DNA of 62,147 nucleotides from the IMG/VR virus record IMGVR_UViG_3300015203_000002, positions 1 through 62,147 of that record, one strand, 5' to 3'. Positions 16,969-24,349 of the stretch are shown piece by piece (the first letter of the stretch is position 1; every line of letters starts with the position of its first letter). The notes beneath the pieces are model-generated. The model was not told where the DNA came from and searched no databases. It was given only the letters and a program-made list of their open reading frames with translations. The DNA comes from a virus. The position numbers were made by a program, and so were the translations under genes.

Positions 16969-17273
16969 GATGCCACCTCTTTATTCGCATTCAATGGCCT
17001 CATCGCATCCCACAACGCTTGTTGCTCTTTCAACTTCTTGAACGCTTTGACCTTGCCCGCGAACTGAGCAGCCTCAAGATAGCAACTGTGTGGGCCGCCT
17101 ACGCACGCCTCAAACTCACCGCACGCTTCAACTGGATCACCGAAGCCAGCACCGTTTCCATGCTCATCTGCACCGGTGAAGGTGTTCACTTCGCGGGTTA
17201 CGGGATCGATAAAGGTGACTGGATAGCCTTTGCGTTTGTAGCTGACTTTGTAAAAGGTTAGGTTCTCGCTCAT
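16965..17273 (-). CDS. Hypothetical protein (102 aa), first gene of the leftward early operon
   Basis: Lies downstream of promoter 17311..17339. Confidence 0.6.
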   Translation of the reverse strand: MSENLTFYKVSYKRKGYPVTFIDPVTREVNTFTGADEHGNGAGFGDPVEACGEFEACVGGPHSCYLEAAQFAGKVKAFKKLKEQQALWDAMRPLNANKEVAS

Positions 17274-17310
17274 GTGATCCTCTTTTTCTCAATATCAACG
17301 GTATGGATTC

Positions 17311-17339
17311 ATTTTACCACAAAGTTATAGGTAAATCAA
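17311..17339 (-). promoter_or_regulatory. Leftward early promoter TTGATT-17-TAAAAT
   Basis: Minus strand reads TTGATTtacctataactttgtggTAAAAT. Confidence 0.55.
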
Positions 17340-17371
17340 CTCCTTCGTAGGCAAAATACCATCAATTTGTA

Positions 17372-17400
17372 TTGATTTTTTTGTTTCCATACGCTATACT
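17372..17400 (+). promoter_or_regulatory. Rightward promoter TTGATT-17-TATACT for the XRE gene, with the dyad ATCAAT-tttgt-ATTGAT (17360..17376) overlapping its -35
   Basis: Read directly. It is divergent with promoter 17311..17339. Confidence 0.55.
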
Positions 17401-17434
17401 TAGAAAAAGACCGATATTAAGTAAGGAGCAACCC

Positions 17435-17656
17435 GTGAAAAATACGTTGCGCCAATGGCGTGAAAAGAGACAGTTTAGCCAAACAGAATTAGCTGCTATT
17501 GTTGGCGTTCAGGCACAGACCATTGGAAATATTGAGAACGCAAAACATACCCCGCATACGCGAACCCGTCGAAAACTTGCCGAAGCGCTCAACGTCCCTC
17601 TTGAGCAATTGTTTTTTGAAGAGGACGATGAACAACCTCATCAACTAGCGTCCTGA
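17435..17656 (+). CDS. XRE-family (Cro/CI-type) HTH regulator
   Basis: GTG start 7 nt after AAGGAG. LRQWREKRQFSQTELAAIVGVQAQTIGNIENAKHTP. Confidence 0.75.
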   Translation: MKNTLRQWREKRQFSQTELAAIVGVQAQTIGNIENAKHTPHTRTRRKLAEALNVPLEQLFFEEDDEQPHQLAS

Positions 17657-17681
17657 GTGGTGAAAGCCACTCAATTTTTTT
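17655..17681 (+). terminator. Rho-independent terminator
   Basis: GAGTGG-tgaaag-CCACTC-aattttttt. Confidence 0.65.
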
Positions 17682-17754
17682 GCCATGAATTCAGTATCGA
17701 TCACCACTTAACATACAATGATCGATATATTTAGGAGATTGTAAGGTGAGGTGG

Positions 17755-17964
17755 TTAGCGACCTAGGAGAAATTGGATAGACACGATCAGGTGTGTGAGC
17801 GCAAGGGCAACGTAGGCAAGCCCGATGCATCCCATGAAGAATGTGTGCCGTGTCTTTCCCCTTGCATACAAGCACCGCCCGATCGCGTCGCCTGCAAGGA
17901 TGCCGCCCATCACTTCAAGCATCCACAGGGGGATAATCAAGAAGAAGGGCACCACTATATGCAT
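17755..17964 (-). CDS. Small membrane protein (69 aa)
   Basis: Two hydrophobic spans (IVVPFFLIIPLWMLEVMGGILAG; FFMGCIGLAYVALALTHLIV). Confidence 0.55.
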   Translation of the reverse strand: MHIVVPFFLIIPLWMLEVMGGILAGDAIGRCLYARGKTRHTFFMGCIGLAYVALALTHLIVSIQFLLGR

Positions 17965-18182
17965 TACACGCCCTTCAACCTATCGAGAAAGTCATGTGCC
18001 TCTTTGAGCGGTATCGCATGAGGCAAGACCGTAATTGGTTCATAGACATACGCGCTCCCACACTCCTCACGGCACAACACGTGTACGACGCGGCCATAGC
18101 CGGGAGTGATGACACTCGGAATAATTGCGTAATCGCCACGATTGATGTCTGGTCGTGGCTGCCAGCGTTCTGATACTAACAT
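17964..18182 (-). CDS. Hypothetical protein (72 aa)
   Basis: Lies downstream of promoter 18221..18249. Confidence 0.55.
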   Translation of the reverse strand: MLVSERWQPRPDINRGDYAIIPSVITPGYGRVVHVLCREECGSAYVYEPITVLPHAIPLKEAHDFLDRLKGV

Positions 18183-18220
18183 CTCTTCTCTCCAACCTCT
18201 GCAAAAAATACTAGAAATAT

Positions 18221-18249
18221 CTTATACCAGATTGTTGAAAGATATTCAA
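18221..18249 (-). promoter_or_regulatory. Promoter TTGAAT-17-TATAAG
   Basis: Minus strand reads TTGAATatctttcaacaatctggTATAAG. Confidence 0.5.
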
Positions 18250-18337
18250 TGCTATAGATTGACATAAAGTGAACCATGAAAAGATTGTCATGAAAAATAA
18301 TAGCGTAGGTAGAACGTGTGTCCTCCCACGCTAGAGG

Positions 18338-18490
18338 TTATGCCGCTTGCCGCTCCGGTGCTACTGGCAAACCAAGCGCTCTGCGCATTGCCGCTATCTC
18401 ATCTCTCACTTCTTGCTCAGTGAGCAATCCGTTGCGAAAGTCTGCTTGCAACTGTTCTTGCCACTGCTCTAACGTCACTTCTTGTTCCAT
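18338..18490 (-). CDS. Hypothetical protein (50 aa; below the ORF-track cutoff)
   Basis: Manual translation gives MEQEVTLEQWQEQLQADFRNGLLTEQEVRDEIAAMRRALGLPVAPERQAA. AAGGAGAG RBS. Confidence 0.45.
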   Translation of the reverse strand: MEQEVTLEQWQEQLQADFRNGLLTEQEVRDEIAAMRRALGLPVAPERQAA

Positions 18491-18692
18491 GTGCTATACT
18501 CTCCTTGTCTATCTATCTCTTCTTTTGGGCGCAGGCTGGTCCCAACCCTGCGCCCGTCGTGGGGCATCACTACAATTGACATCCTTAAAAACACGTTGTA
18601 ACGCTGTTCTGAGACCGCGCTCTGTTGACTTCCACAACCGCCGCTCACACACCACAATCAAGCCGTGAGGGTCTTCCTGTGCCCGCTCTTGG

Positions 18693-19190
18693 CTATCCAC
18701 GGCTCACCTCACGCAAGTACCAGATGGTCTGTCCAATAGCGATACACTCCACCATCACAACGATCCCGGCTTGAAGTTGTAACCCATCGGCACATAAACG
18801 CACAATCACCACGAGGGTTGCGAGCGCTTCGGTCAACACCAGCGCATCCCTGAGCGCTTTCTTATGGCCGCCCGATGCGCTTTTAAACGGGTGATAGAGA
18901 TTGAAGCGCTCGTATCCGAGTACGTCGTCCTTCTCCTCTGCCTCAAGCAAAAACGCCTTGATCTGATCAAGTACCAACTCGCTATGTCCAGCGTAGCGAG
19001 CGACACAACACGCAAGCAGTGGGTAGAGTGCCACCACATAACTGATGTTGCCTGCCTGCAAACTGGCAAGCCCGAACCCACTCACCAGCGCAACCACCAA
19101 CTGCCAAATCTGTAAACGCGCATTGATCCGATCGCGTTTCTCATCCTGCACGGCCTTATAATTTTCTGTTTGGAGATCGTTTTGCTCCAT
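18693..19190 (-). CDS. Membrane protein (165 aa, about 4 TM)
   Basis: Hydrophobic spans are IWQLVVALVSGFGLASL, YVVALYPLLACCVA, LVLTEALATLVVIV and IVVMVECIAIGQTIW. Confidence 0.6.
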   Translation of the reverse strand: MEQNDLQTENYKAVQDEKRDRINARLQIWQLVVALVSGFGLASLQAGNISYVVALYPLLACCVARYAGHSELVLDQIKAFLLEAEEKDDVLGYERFNLYHPFKSASGGHKKALRDALVLTEALATLVVIVRLCADGLQLQAGIVVMVECIAIGQTIWYLREVSRG

Positions 19191-19278
19191 ATGCCCCCTT
19201 TCGTATACTGTCTCTAGGGGAGTGCTACCACCGCACCAGTGTCAACCCTATCCATCCCCTATGCATGTAGCGTGCACT

Positions 19279-19343
19279 CTTCCCTCGCTTTTGCCCACTC
19301 GCCTGAATGAGCAAGAGCGAAGGAGCGAACCGAAGCCCGCCCC
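19279..19343 (-). other. Conserved twin-hairpin RNA element, copy X
   Basis: Minus strand has GGGGCG-ggcttcggtt-CGCTCC, followed directly by a 12-bp imperfect hairpin. Same layout as 21202..21259. Confidence 0.5.
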
Positions 19344-19352
19344 GCGCTGATG

Positions 19353-19535
19353 TTATGCCGCCTCTGCGATGATTTCCAACTTTTCGTCTATCCGTGCCAC
19401 GATGGCCGCGTCATCTGCGTATTTTGACCGCATGTGCTCAAGGGTCTGTTGCTCGTTCACAATCTCTGCGTGATCGGCTTGCGCCATGTGCCGCCTGTAG
19501 TCCTCATTGCTCATTTCAAATGGTGCCGTAAACAT
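19353..19535 (-). CDS. Hypothetical protein (60 aa)
   Basis: ORF with AAGGAAAGG RBS. Confidence 0.5.
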   Translation of the reverse strand: MFTAPFEMSNEDYRRHMAQADHAEIVNEQQTLEHMRSKYADDAAIVARIDEKLEIIAEAA

Positions 19536-19632
19536 GTTCGTGTCCTTTCCTTGCGTGCAGCGTTGCTATGCCACTGCACTATACTTCTTGCTTGCTTGCC
19601 AATTGGCGGTTGTGACGCCGCTTGCTACGATT

Positions 19633-19908
19633 TTACGCCACTTCAGAGGCAAGCGCGTATTCTGCAAGTGCGATCACCTCTTGTTCGTTCTGGCATACCT
19701 TCACGTTTTGCATGTCTGGTGGTTGGAGATAGACGCGATACGGCGCGCTTGTCGGGTCGTACCACGTCGGAGCCTCAAAGTTGGGCACGGTTGCGTCGGT
19801 GTAGCCAAACTCCTCTAAGATTTCCTCAGCGTCCTCAACCGTCATCGGTTCGTCAAGGGCCGCCTGTAACTTGTTGAATTGTTCGCTGGTGAGTGTGATG
19901 TTATTCAT
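19633..19908 (-). CDS. Acidic protein (91 aa) translationally coupled to the sigma-factor gene
   Basis: The MNNITL start at 19908 forms an ATGA overlap with the sigma stop. Confidence 0.55.
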   Translation of the reverse strand: MNNITLTSEQFNKLQAALDEPMTVEDAEEILEEFGYTDATVPNFEAPTWYDPTSAPYRVYLQPPDMQNVKVCQNEQEVIALAEYALASEVA

Positions 19909-20366
19909 GCTGCTTTCTCCCACTCTTGTAAAAATGCTTTCCGTGCCTGTTTGATGCGACGAAACGCCATTGTTTTACCCACATCAGGGACGCATTCCCT
20001 ATAGCCGTATCCTTGTGCCGTTGAAAGCAGGATACGACGTTGTTCAGTCGTCAATGTAGCAAGACACGTTGCTATGAGTACGTGCCGTTCTACATCGTTC
20101 TCCACGTCACCAGGGGCTATGCATTCCTCCCCTAGCTCCTCATGATTGCGATACGACTGATAGCGGAGCGCATCAATACACGTATTCTTCGCAATGTGTG
20201 CGAGCCACCGTTTCAGATGGGTATCATCCCATGACTCACATTCTTTGCTCCACGCTTTACATATTTTTAAAAACACCGTTTGAGTGAGATCATCGGCATT
20301 GCGATACGAGGTACAACATCCATAGACATAGCCATAATAGGCCGTACACACCTCATCAATAGTCAC
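19905..20366 (-). CDS. ECF-type sigma-70 family RNA polymerase sigma factor
   Basis: 153 aa with GTG start after GGGAGG. Region 2-like DDLTQTVFLKICKAW...LKRWLAHIAKNTCIDALR. Region 4-like LTTEQRRILLSTAQGYGYRE...RRIKQARKAF. Confidence 0.75.
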   Translation of the reverse strand: MTIDEVCTAYYGYVYGCCTSYRNADDLTQTVFLKICKAWSKECESWDDTHLKRWLAHIAKNTCIDALRYQSYRNHEELGEECIAPGDVENDVERHVLIATCLATLTTEQRRILLSTAQGYGYRECVPDVGKTMAFRRIKQARKAFLQEWEKAA

Positions 20367-20518
20367 GGTTGTACCTCCCTATCAATCCGTTCTGGTAGAC
20401 CGTTCACCAGAAGGAAATTCCCTCACTTCGCAGGCAAACCCCGTGTTTTTTGTGCTTCATTGATACCCGTATATGGGCATGAAGGGTGATACGGGGTGTG
20501 CGTGCGAAGTGAGGTGTG

Positions 20519-20710
20519 CTATGCCGCGCTAGAAGTTTGCTCTACATGGGTGAGGTCAGACGCACTAAATGGAAGCGGATGATCAAATGTGGAGAGTTGA
20601 ACTTTCCACCCCTGCATCCCTGCTGTCCCTACAATTTTCCCCTCCATTCCATTCCACTCTTCATCTGCACACCCGACAACCTTCACCTCATCGTCAATCT
20701 TGAACTCCAT
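20519..20710 (-). CDS. Hypothetical protein (63 aa), SH3/KOW-like pattern
   Basis: DDEVKVVGCADEEWNGMEGKIVGTAG. AAGGGG RBS. Confidence 0.55.
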   Translation of the reverse strand: MEFKIDDEVKVVGCADEEWNGMEGKIVGTAGMQGWKVQLSTFDHPLPFSASDLTHVEQTSSAA

Positions 20711-20796
20711 ATGTTGTTACCCCTTCGCTATGGCTGAGAGACTGTTCTCTCACGCCTGTACACCAGCGTACTGATGCACAGAAATGAGGAACACTC

Positions 20797-20976
20797 CTAC
20801 GCGATCAGTGGCTCACACGCCGCGAGCCAGACGTGACAGTCACGACACAGATCACCATCAAGAAAACAGGTATTCGGACAATCCGGTGTAGAACAGGGAT
20901 ATTGCCGAATACGGATAAACGCACAAAGTAGAACAATCAAGCCAATGACTATGCGTGCGCGGTTCAATTGTTTCAT
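20797..20976 (-). CDS. Small membrane-anchored Cys-rich protein (59 aa; below the ORF-track cutoff)
   Basis: Manual translation gives MKQLNRARIVIGLIVLLCAFIRIRQYPCSTPDCPNTCFLDGDLCRDCHVWLAACEPLIA. ATGA overlap with 20973..21170. Confidence 0.45.
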   Translation of the reverse strand: MKQLNRARIVIGLIVLLCAFIRIRQYPCSTPDCPNTCFLDGDLCRDCHVWLAACEPLIA

Positions 20977-21170
20977 GCCACATCCTCCGAGAACCGTTCA
21001 GGTGTCAACCCACGCCGTAACATTTCCCTAACCAACGGTCTGTCGCTTTGGACAAGTTGCATCGCTAACTCAGTATCACCGCTTGCTTGCGCATTTTCAT
21101 ACGCCTTTGCGCCAACTGCGAGCAATGCCAATAACTGCTCGTCCTTCATCTCCATTAAGTTTTGTTCCAT
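20973..21170 (-). CDS. Hypothetical protein (65 aa)
   Basis: ORF with AAAGGGG RBS. Confidence 0.55.
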   Translation of the reverse strand: MEQNLMEMKDEQLLALLAVGAKAYENAQASGDTELAMQLVQSDRPLVREMLRRGLTPERFSEDVA

Positions 21171-21201
21171 GTGTTACCCCTTTTGCTATGCTGAGGACTA
21201 T

Positions 21202-21259
21202 CCCTCACCTCTACCCTTCGCACAGAGCACAGGTGAGGGAGCGAATCGAAACCCGCTCC
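21202..21259 (-). other. Conserved twin-hairpin RNA element, copy Y
   Basis: Minus strand has GGAGCG-ggtttcgatt-CGCTCC, followed directly by CCCTCACCT-N20-AGGTGAGGG. Confidence 0.5.
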
Positions 21260-21264
21260 TCTCA

Positions 21265-21286
21265 ACAAAAAAGAGCACGTGCTCCC
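21265..21286 (-). terminator. Short terminator-like hairpin with a T-run
   Basis: Minus strand reads GGGAGC-acgt-GCTCTT-TTTTG (weak stem). Confidence 0.35.
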
Positions 21287-21590
21287 AATCAGACAATCTT
21301 AGTGAAATGTAGTAGTTGTTTCTATCGAGGGCATGACCGGCGCTTCCTTCATGTCTCTCTCATCGCCACATCTCCCAAAGTTAGGGCTATCTGTGGTGTG
21401 TAGGCAAATATGATCTCATCACTCAAGTGACCAGGGGCCGGTACACTCCTCAGCGTACAAGAAAGCGTCTGAAATGAGGATGATGTTTGTATCAGGGTCC
21501 CTACACGGGAAAAAGAGGTTCGATCTGTAACCCTGATTGGAGTATTCGATTGTTCAAGTGCAAATAATCTTGTGTTTCACTTGCGAATAG

Positions 21591-21623
21591 TTGAACGGTC
21601 ATTTATGACTTGTTGACCGTCAT
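21591..21623. promoter_or_regulatory. Operator-like repeats with core TGAC-N-GTCA (TTGAACGGTCAT, the dyad GTCATTTATGAC, TTGACCGTCAT)
   Basis: Read directly. The same 11-mer recurs at 21719..21729. Confidence 0.55.
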
Positions 21624-21629
21624 GTAACG

Positions 21630-21658
21630 ATAATACACTCCGATTTTGTGATTGTCAA
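21630..21658 (-). promoter_or_regulatory. Leftward promoter TTGACA-17-TATTAT
   Basis: Minus strand reads ccccTTGACAatcacaaaatcggagtgTATTAT. The operators lie just downstream of it. Confidence 0.6.
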
Positions 21659-21681
21659 GGGGCAATTTTGACGCTATTCTC

Positions 21682-21710
21682 TTGCATACGGTGTTATTTT
21701 GTGTTAGAAT
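21682..21710 (+). promoter_or_regulatory. Rightward promoter TTGCAT-17-TAGAAT
   Basis: Read directly. The operator copy at 21719..21729 sits between the -10 and the start codon. Confidence 0.55.
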
Positions 21711-21718
21711 AGGATTTG

Positions 21719-21729
21719 TTGACCGTCAT
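21719..21729. promoter_or_regulatory. Operator-like 11-mer TTGACCGTCAT (third copy)
   Basis: Exact repeat of 21613..21623. Confidence 0.55.
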
Positions 21730-21749
21730 AAAGAATGGAGAGAACATTG

Positions 21750-22538
21750 ATGAGTGATGAATTGCTGACATGGAGAGAGGCGATCCAGGTTTTTATACAT
21801 GCGGGTATGTCCGAATCGACATTTAGGCGTAGGGTAAAGACAGGGGATATTCATCCCCTGTCCACTGGTAACCGGAAAAAAGGTGCACTGTACCCAAAGC
21901 GAGAGGTTTTTATAGCGGCAAAACTGGACGTTCCTGAAAAACGTGATGTGCAATTTGTGAAGGTTGCCCCTGAAACAATGCCTGAGATGGTCCCTGTGCT
22001 TGAATCTGTTTTTGAGGGTTCTCCTAATGTGGAGCGGTGGCAATCATGGATGGTGGCTAATCCTGATATAGCGTACATGCTCAAGATCGATGATAGAGCG
22101 GTTGGTGTTGGTCTTATCGTTCCGCTATCTCAGGAAAAAATAACATCTATTCTTGTGAGGCAGGTAACCCCGCCAACCGACCCATCCGAGATTTTGCCGT
22201 ATGTCCCTGGAATGCCTGTCAATCTCTACGTACGGTCTGTAGGTATCATTGCTAGTGCAACCCACGCAGAGAAGAGACGATGGGCTGCTATCCTTGTGCG
22301 TGGGTTTTTGAAGGTGATAGCAGAGTTGGGTGCAAGAGGTATTATCATCGATAGAATTTATTCACGCAGTGAGACGGTTGATGGTATCCGAATACTCCGC
22401 CATATGGGTTTCACTGAAATTGCAGGGGTGACGAATCACCACGATTTTATGATTGACGTGCCTACAAGTGGATTGAAGATAATCAAAGAATATACCGCAT
22501 GTTTGGATAAGTGGAGAGAGGCACATGGAGGTGAATAA
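21750..22538 (+). CDS. Excisionase-type HTH fused to a GNAT-like (acetyltransferase-fold) domain; candidate repressor
   Basis: Start chosen at MSDELL (GGAGAG RBS); the ORF itself opens at 21735. N-terminus is LLTWREAIQVFIHAGMSESTFRRRVKTGDIHP. The C-terminal part (IAYMLKIDDRAVGVGLIVPL...RRWAAILVRGFLKVIAELGARGI...GFTEI) looks GNAT-like by eye. Confidence 0.5.
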   Translation: MSDELLTWREAIQVFIHAGMSESTFRRRVKTGDIHPLSTGNRKKGALYPKREVFIAAKLDVPEKRDVQFVKVAPETMPEMVPVLESVFEGSPNVERWQSWMVANPDIAYMLKIDDRAVGVGLIVPLSQEKITSILVRQVTPPTDPSEILPYVPGMPVNLYVRSVGIIASATHAEKRRWAAILVRGFLKVIAELGARGIIIDRIYSRSETVDGIRILRHMGFTEIAGVTNHHDFMIDVPTSGLKIIKEYTACLDKWREAHGGE

Positions 22539-22620
22539 TCGTTCTTCCCGTAGCGCATCAATTGAAAGATGTTTATTGTTCGATTGCTAGCAGTCAATGT
22601 TAGCAGAAAGAGAGTGAGCC

Positions 22621-22785
22621 ATGATACCGTTTGTAATGAGTTTTCTCGAGTACTTTGATTTAGTGATGGTGGCAATTGTGCTGGTGATGGTGTTACCGAT
22701 CCTGATGAGTGTGAGGCAGAAGCAAAAACGACCTGCCACGTATAGCGGCCCTGGTGAACTGCGAAGTATACGCCGCGTAAGTTAA
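22621..22785 (+). CDS. Small single-TM protein (54 aa; below the ORF-track cutoff)
   Basis: Manual translation gives MIPFVMSFLEYFDLVMVAIVLVMVLPILMSVRQKQKRPATYSGPGELRSIRRVS. A terminator follows it. Confidence 0.4.
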   Translation: MIPFVMSFLEYFDLVMVAIVLVMVLPILMSVRQKQKRPATYSGPGELRSIRRVS

Positions 22786-22790
22786 CGGCA

Positions 22791-22825
22791 AGAGAGGGAA
22801 GCGTGAAAACTTCCCTCTCTTTTCA
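22791..22825 (+). terminator. Rho-independent terminator
   Basis: AGAGAGGGAAG-cgtgaaaa-CTTCCCTCTCT-TTTC. Confidence 0.7.
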
Positions 22826-22826
22826 A

Positions 22827-23066
22827 TTACAGACGAATATACTGATTATTTTCACTGATCACGCGCTTAAATCTCCACGTCGTCACCCCATTTGGATTAT
22901 CATTCGCGCTGAATGCCTCCCACCCTAATAACCCAAGCAGGGTGATCACGTCATCCCATTGATCCTGTGAGGTGACTTGACGGGTGGGTGATTGCTCTCG
23001 ACTAAACAACATATATACTAACTCCCCATCGGTAGTATCTCCCAAGAGACAATATTCCCATTGCAT
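22827..23066 (-). CDS. DUF4177-like protein (79 aa)
   Basis: MQWEYCLL...LLGLLGWEAFSA...TTWRFKRV matches the remembered DUF4177 pattern (MKWEYK...LN.LG.EGWELV...FKR). Confidence 0.5.
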   Translation of the reverse strand: MQWEYCLLGDTTDGELVYMLFSREQSPTRQVTSQDQWDDVITLLGLLGWEAFSANDNPNGVTTWRFKRVISENNQYIRL

Positions 23067-23067
23067 T

Positions 23068-23439
23068 CTAGTATCCTCTCAATCGCACTACGACGACGAT
23101 AGCCAGTACAACCCATGCACGGCTATCAATTACTATCGGCACGTGCACATGTACCACTTTGACGCGCTCATGCAGGCTAGGGGACAATCCTGGTCCGCGC
23201 TTTTGTCGGTGTAAGTCAAGGAAGTACTCACGGGTTTCGGTGAATAATCCCTTGCACTGGAAATACCCTTTACGCTTCAACGGAACAAGAAACCAGAACC
23301 ATTTCTTCGTACGATACGAGTCAATCGTTCCTGGCTCATAGTCGGTCTTTTCACGTAATTGCTCTAAGGTGAAACTACGTTTGGTCGTCTCCATATCCGC
23401 AAAGAAGGTGTATGCCCGTTCGTAGGCTGGTGTACCCAT
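23068..23439 (-). CDS. Hypothetical protein with a wHTH-like N-terminus and a hydrophobic C-terminal tail
   Basis: Start chosen at MGTPAYE (AAGGA RBS), downstream of the promoter-like TTGTCA-17-CATACT. The C-terminus is AWVVLAIVVVVRL. The ORF extends up to 23580. Confidence 0.45.
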   Translation of the reverse strand: MGTPAYERAYTFFADMETTKRSFTLEQLREKTDYEPGTIDSYRTKKWFWFLVPLKRKGYFQCKGLFTETREYFLDLHRQKRGPGLSPSLHERVKVVHVHVPIVIDSRAWVVLAIVVVVRLRGY

Positions 23440-23633
23440 CGGTCTATCCTTGTGTGAAGAACGGCTTACAAGAGGAATAGCCATAACACAAGTATGCAGG
23501 GAAGAACGGATATTGACAAGTGGAACGGGTGTTTTACGAGGTAGTTCTGAGGGTGCTTGTGCATCTATCGCTTGACGCATACCGTACTCTAGATAGAGTT
23601 ACCTCAATAGATTAAATGTGAAAAGAGAATAAC

Positions 23634-24185
23634 ATGAAATATGTCTTCATCCTTGTTAGTATTATGCTCGTGCTCGTTGGCTGTGGTGAATCAGCGCAAC
23701 CCTCAGCACCAATAGCACCCACGCAACCCGTTTCCACACATGCACCCACTACATCGGTTCCTGCGCTGCTTGGCTCCCCACTAGCAACGTTCATCGCCCT
23801 GTACGGCGCGGCAAACGATCATAGCAACGCGCATAGTGGCGAGTACCATTTCAAGCGCTATGCTGATGTGAGCGTGGCGACTGATGCGCTCATTGTGAAC
23901 GTGGATACAACCGATGGAACCACCAACGTGATTGGTGTACAATTCGCACCCGAGAAGGGGAGCGCGACGTGTGAGCAGTTCTTCCCACGTGATGCGCACT
24001 TTGAGCGACAAGTGAACGCGCCAACGGGATTGGATAAGATTTATTCGTCGTCGTCTCTCACCTCGATATTTCCCAAGAGTGCGTTTTCTGATGTGGATAA
24101 CAACGATACGACGCCTGGCCTCTTTGACGAGTTGGTGAGCAGTGGTGAGTGTGTGGTGCATCTAGGGACGATGCAAACAGCGTAG
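23634..24185 (+). CDS. Lipoprotein (183 aa)
   Basis: Signal peptide with lipobox, MKYVFILVSIMLVLVGC, then a Pro/Thr-rich linker. Confidence 0.75.
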   Translation: MKYVFILVSIMLVLVGCGESAQPSAPIAPTQPVSTHAPTTSVPALLGSPLATFIALYGAANDHSNAHSGEYHFKRYADVSVATDALIVNVDTTDGTTNVIGVQFAPEKGSATCEQFFPRDAHFERQVNAPTGLDKIYSSSSLTSIFPKSAFSDVDNNDTTPGLFDELVSSGECVVHLGTMQTA

Positions 24186-24201
24186 GAGCGCAGGCAGTGA
24201 A

Positions 24202-24227
24202 GGGGCGGGTAACACCGCTCTTTTTTG
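24202..24227 (+). terminator. Rho-independent terminator
   Basis: GGGGCGG-gtaaca-CCGCTC-TTTTTTG. The same stem sequence recurs at 26904. Confidence 0.65.
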
Positions 24228-24281
24228 TTGCTTGCTTGTAGGTGAGTATTTCAGGGTGCTAGGAAACTGGTGTTAAAACGC

Positions 24282-24310
24282 TTGACAATTAAATATAATT
24301 ATATTATAAT
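24282..24310 (+). promoter_or_regulatory. Promoter TTGACA-17-TATAAT
   Basis: Read directly: TTGACAattaaatataattatatTATAAT. Confidence 0.75.
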
Positions 24311-24349
24311 AAACACAGATGAGAGAGCACTAGTGAAAAGGGAACGAGC

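Noticed and set aside
18528-18556. A perfect 9-bp hairpin GGGCGCAGG-N10-CCTGCGCCC, considered as a terminator.
   Set aside because: No U-run follows it on either strand, and the T-run lies on the wrong side. I leave it as an unexplained leader structure upstream of 18338..18490.
20716-21200. The recurrent motif CAGC(C)ATAGC(A/G)AA(A)GGGGTAACA upstream of several early genes, considered as a phage-specific promoter. A related copy lies at 19195..19215, and another at 26953..26975 in the opposite orientation.
   Set aside because: The GGGG part is most simply the Shine-Dalgarno sequence. No conserved -35-like partner is found at a fixed distance, and one copy lies on a strand with no gene. I do not call it a promoter.
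21440-21545. tRNA-like sequence GGTTCGATC. The T-loop-like GGTTTCGATT and GGCTTCGGTT in the twin-hairpin elements raise the same question.
   Set aside because: I could not build an acceptor, D and anticodon cloverleaf. The stems flanking the loops do not give a 5-bp T-stem with a 7-nt loop. I therefore do not call a tRNA or a tRNA-derived att core.
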